Of a stretch of DNA of 64,000 bases, positions 63,846-64,000 are shown piece by piece; positions within the stretch are counted from its first letter, which is position 1; the number at the start of each line of letters is the position of its first letter. The position numbers and the translations under genes were made by a program. Below the pieces are notes generated by a model. The model was not told the origin of the DNA, did no database searches, and saw only the letters and a list, made by a program, of their open reading frames with translations. The DNA lies in contig MU619288.1 in the NCBI GenBank assembly GCA_025201805.1, positions 137,123 through 201,122 on the forward strand, written 5' to 3'. This DNA comes from Parasitella parasitica NRRL 2501 (taxonomy: Eukaryota; Fungi; Mucoromycota).

Positions 63846-64000
63846 GCACTGATTTCACACAATAATGACCTGTCTTGAATAAAACAAGTGCCTGAGTACT
63901 TATTCACACAGCCATGGCTACGCTTGAACAAAATCAGTACCTGAGTACCGATTTTACACAGCCATGGCTACGCTTGAACAAAATCAGTACCTGAGTACCG
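63846..64000. repeat. 50-bp tandem repeat array, truncated by the window edge
   Basis: ACACAGCCATGGCTACGCTTGAACAAAATCAGTACCTGAGTACCG is identical at 63906-63950 and 63956-64000, preceded by a degenerate unit. Confidence 0.9.

Noticed and set aside
63846-64000. CRISPR-like array
   Set aside because: Units are contiguous and identical with no unique spacers, no cas genes are present, and the context is eukaryotic.

Overview
Eukaryotic DNA from an early-diverging fungus, almost certainly Mucorales (short GT-AG introns, AT-rich intergenic DNA, Mucorales-type mobile elements). Host genes: RACK1; a divergent biotin pair (bioDA fusion and biotin synthase); CYRI/FAM49; divergent RPL17/RPL15; a Mid2/Wsc-like S/T-rich membrane protein; tRNA-Leu(UAG); a Ctr copper transporter; U2AF35; an apparent RGS-domain + AIF/FSP1-like oxidoreductase fusion; an ARO8-like aminotransferase; a large unknown protein; mitochondrial S15; exopolyphosphatase; F-box; UBX; LSM3; fatty-aldehyde dehydrogenase; arginase. 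Mobile DNA: a decayed Fanzor (eukaryotic TnpB-like RNA-guided nuclease) at the left edge; a ~1.2-kb two-copy dispersed repeat; a 5'-truncated LINE with poly(A) and a 9-bp target-site duplication; a ~12-kb region without convincing protein-coding genes; a Tc1/mariner relic; a near-complete DIRS tyrosine-recombinase retrotransposon (inverted terminal repeats plus internal complementary region). After the DIRS come an intact orphan 490-aa zinc-finger ORF and a 50-bp tandem array running off the right edge. Most notable: the Fanzor relic, the RGS-oxidoreductase fusion, a shared motif and a long stem in ribosomal-protein introns, and the orphan ORF plus array. All calls come from reading motifs by eye; no searches were run.
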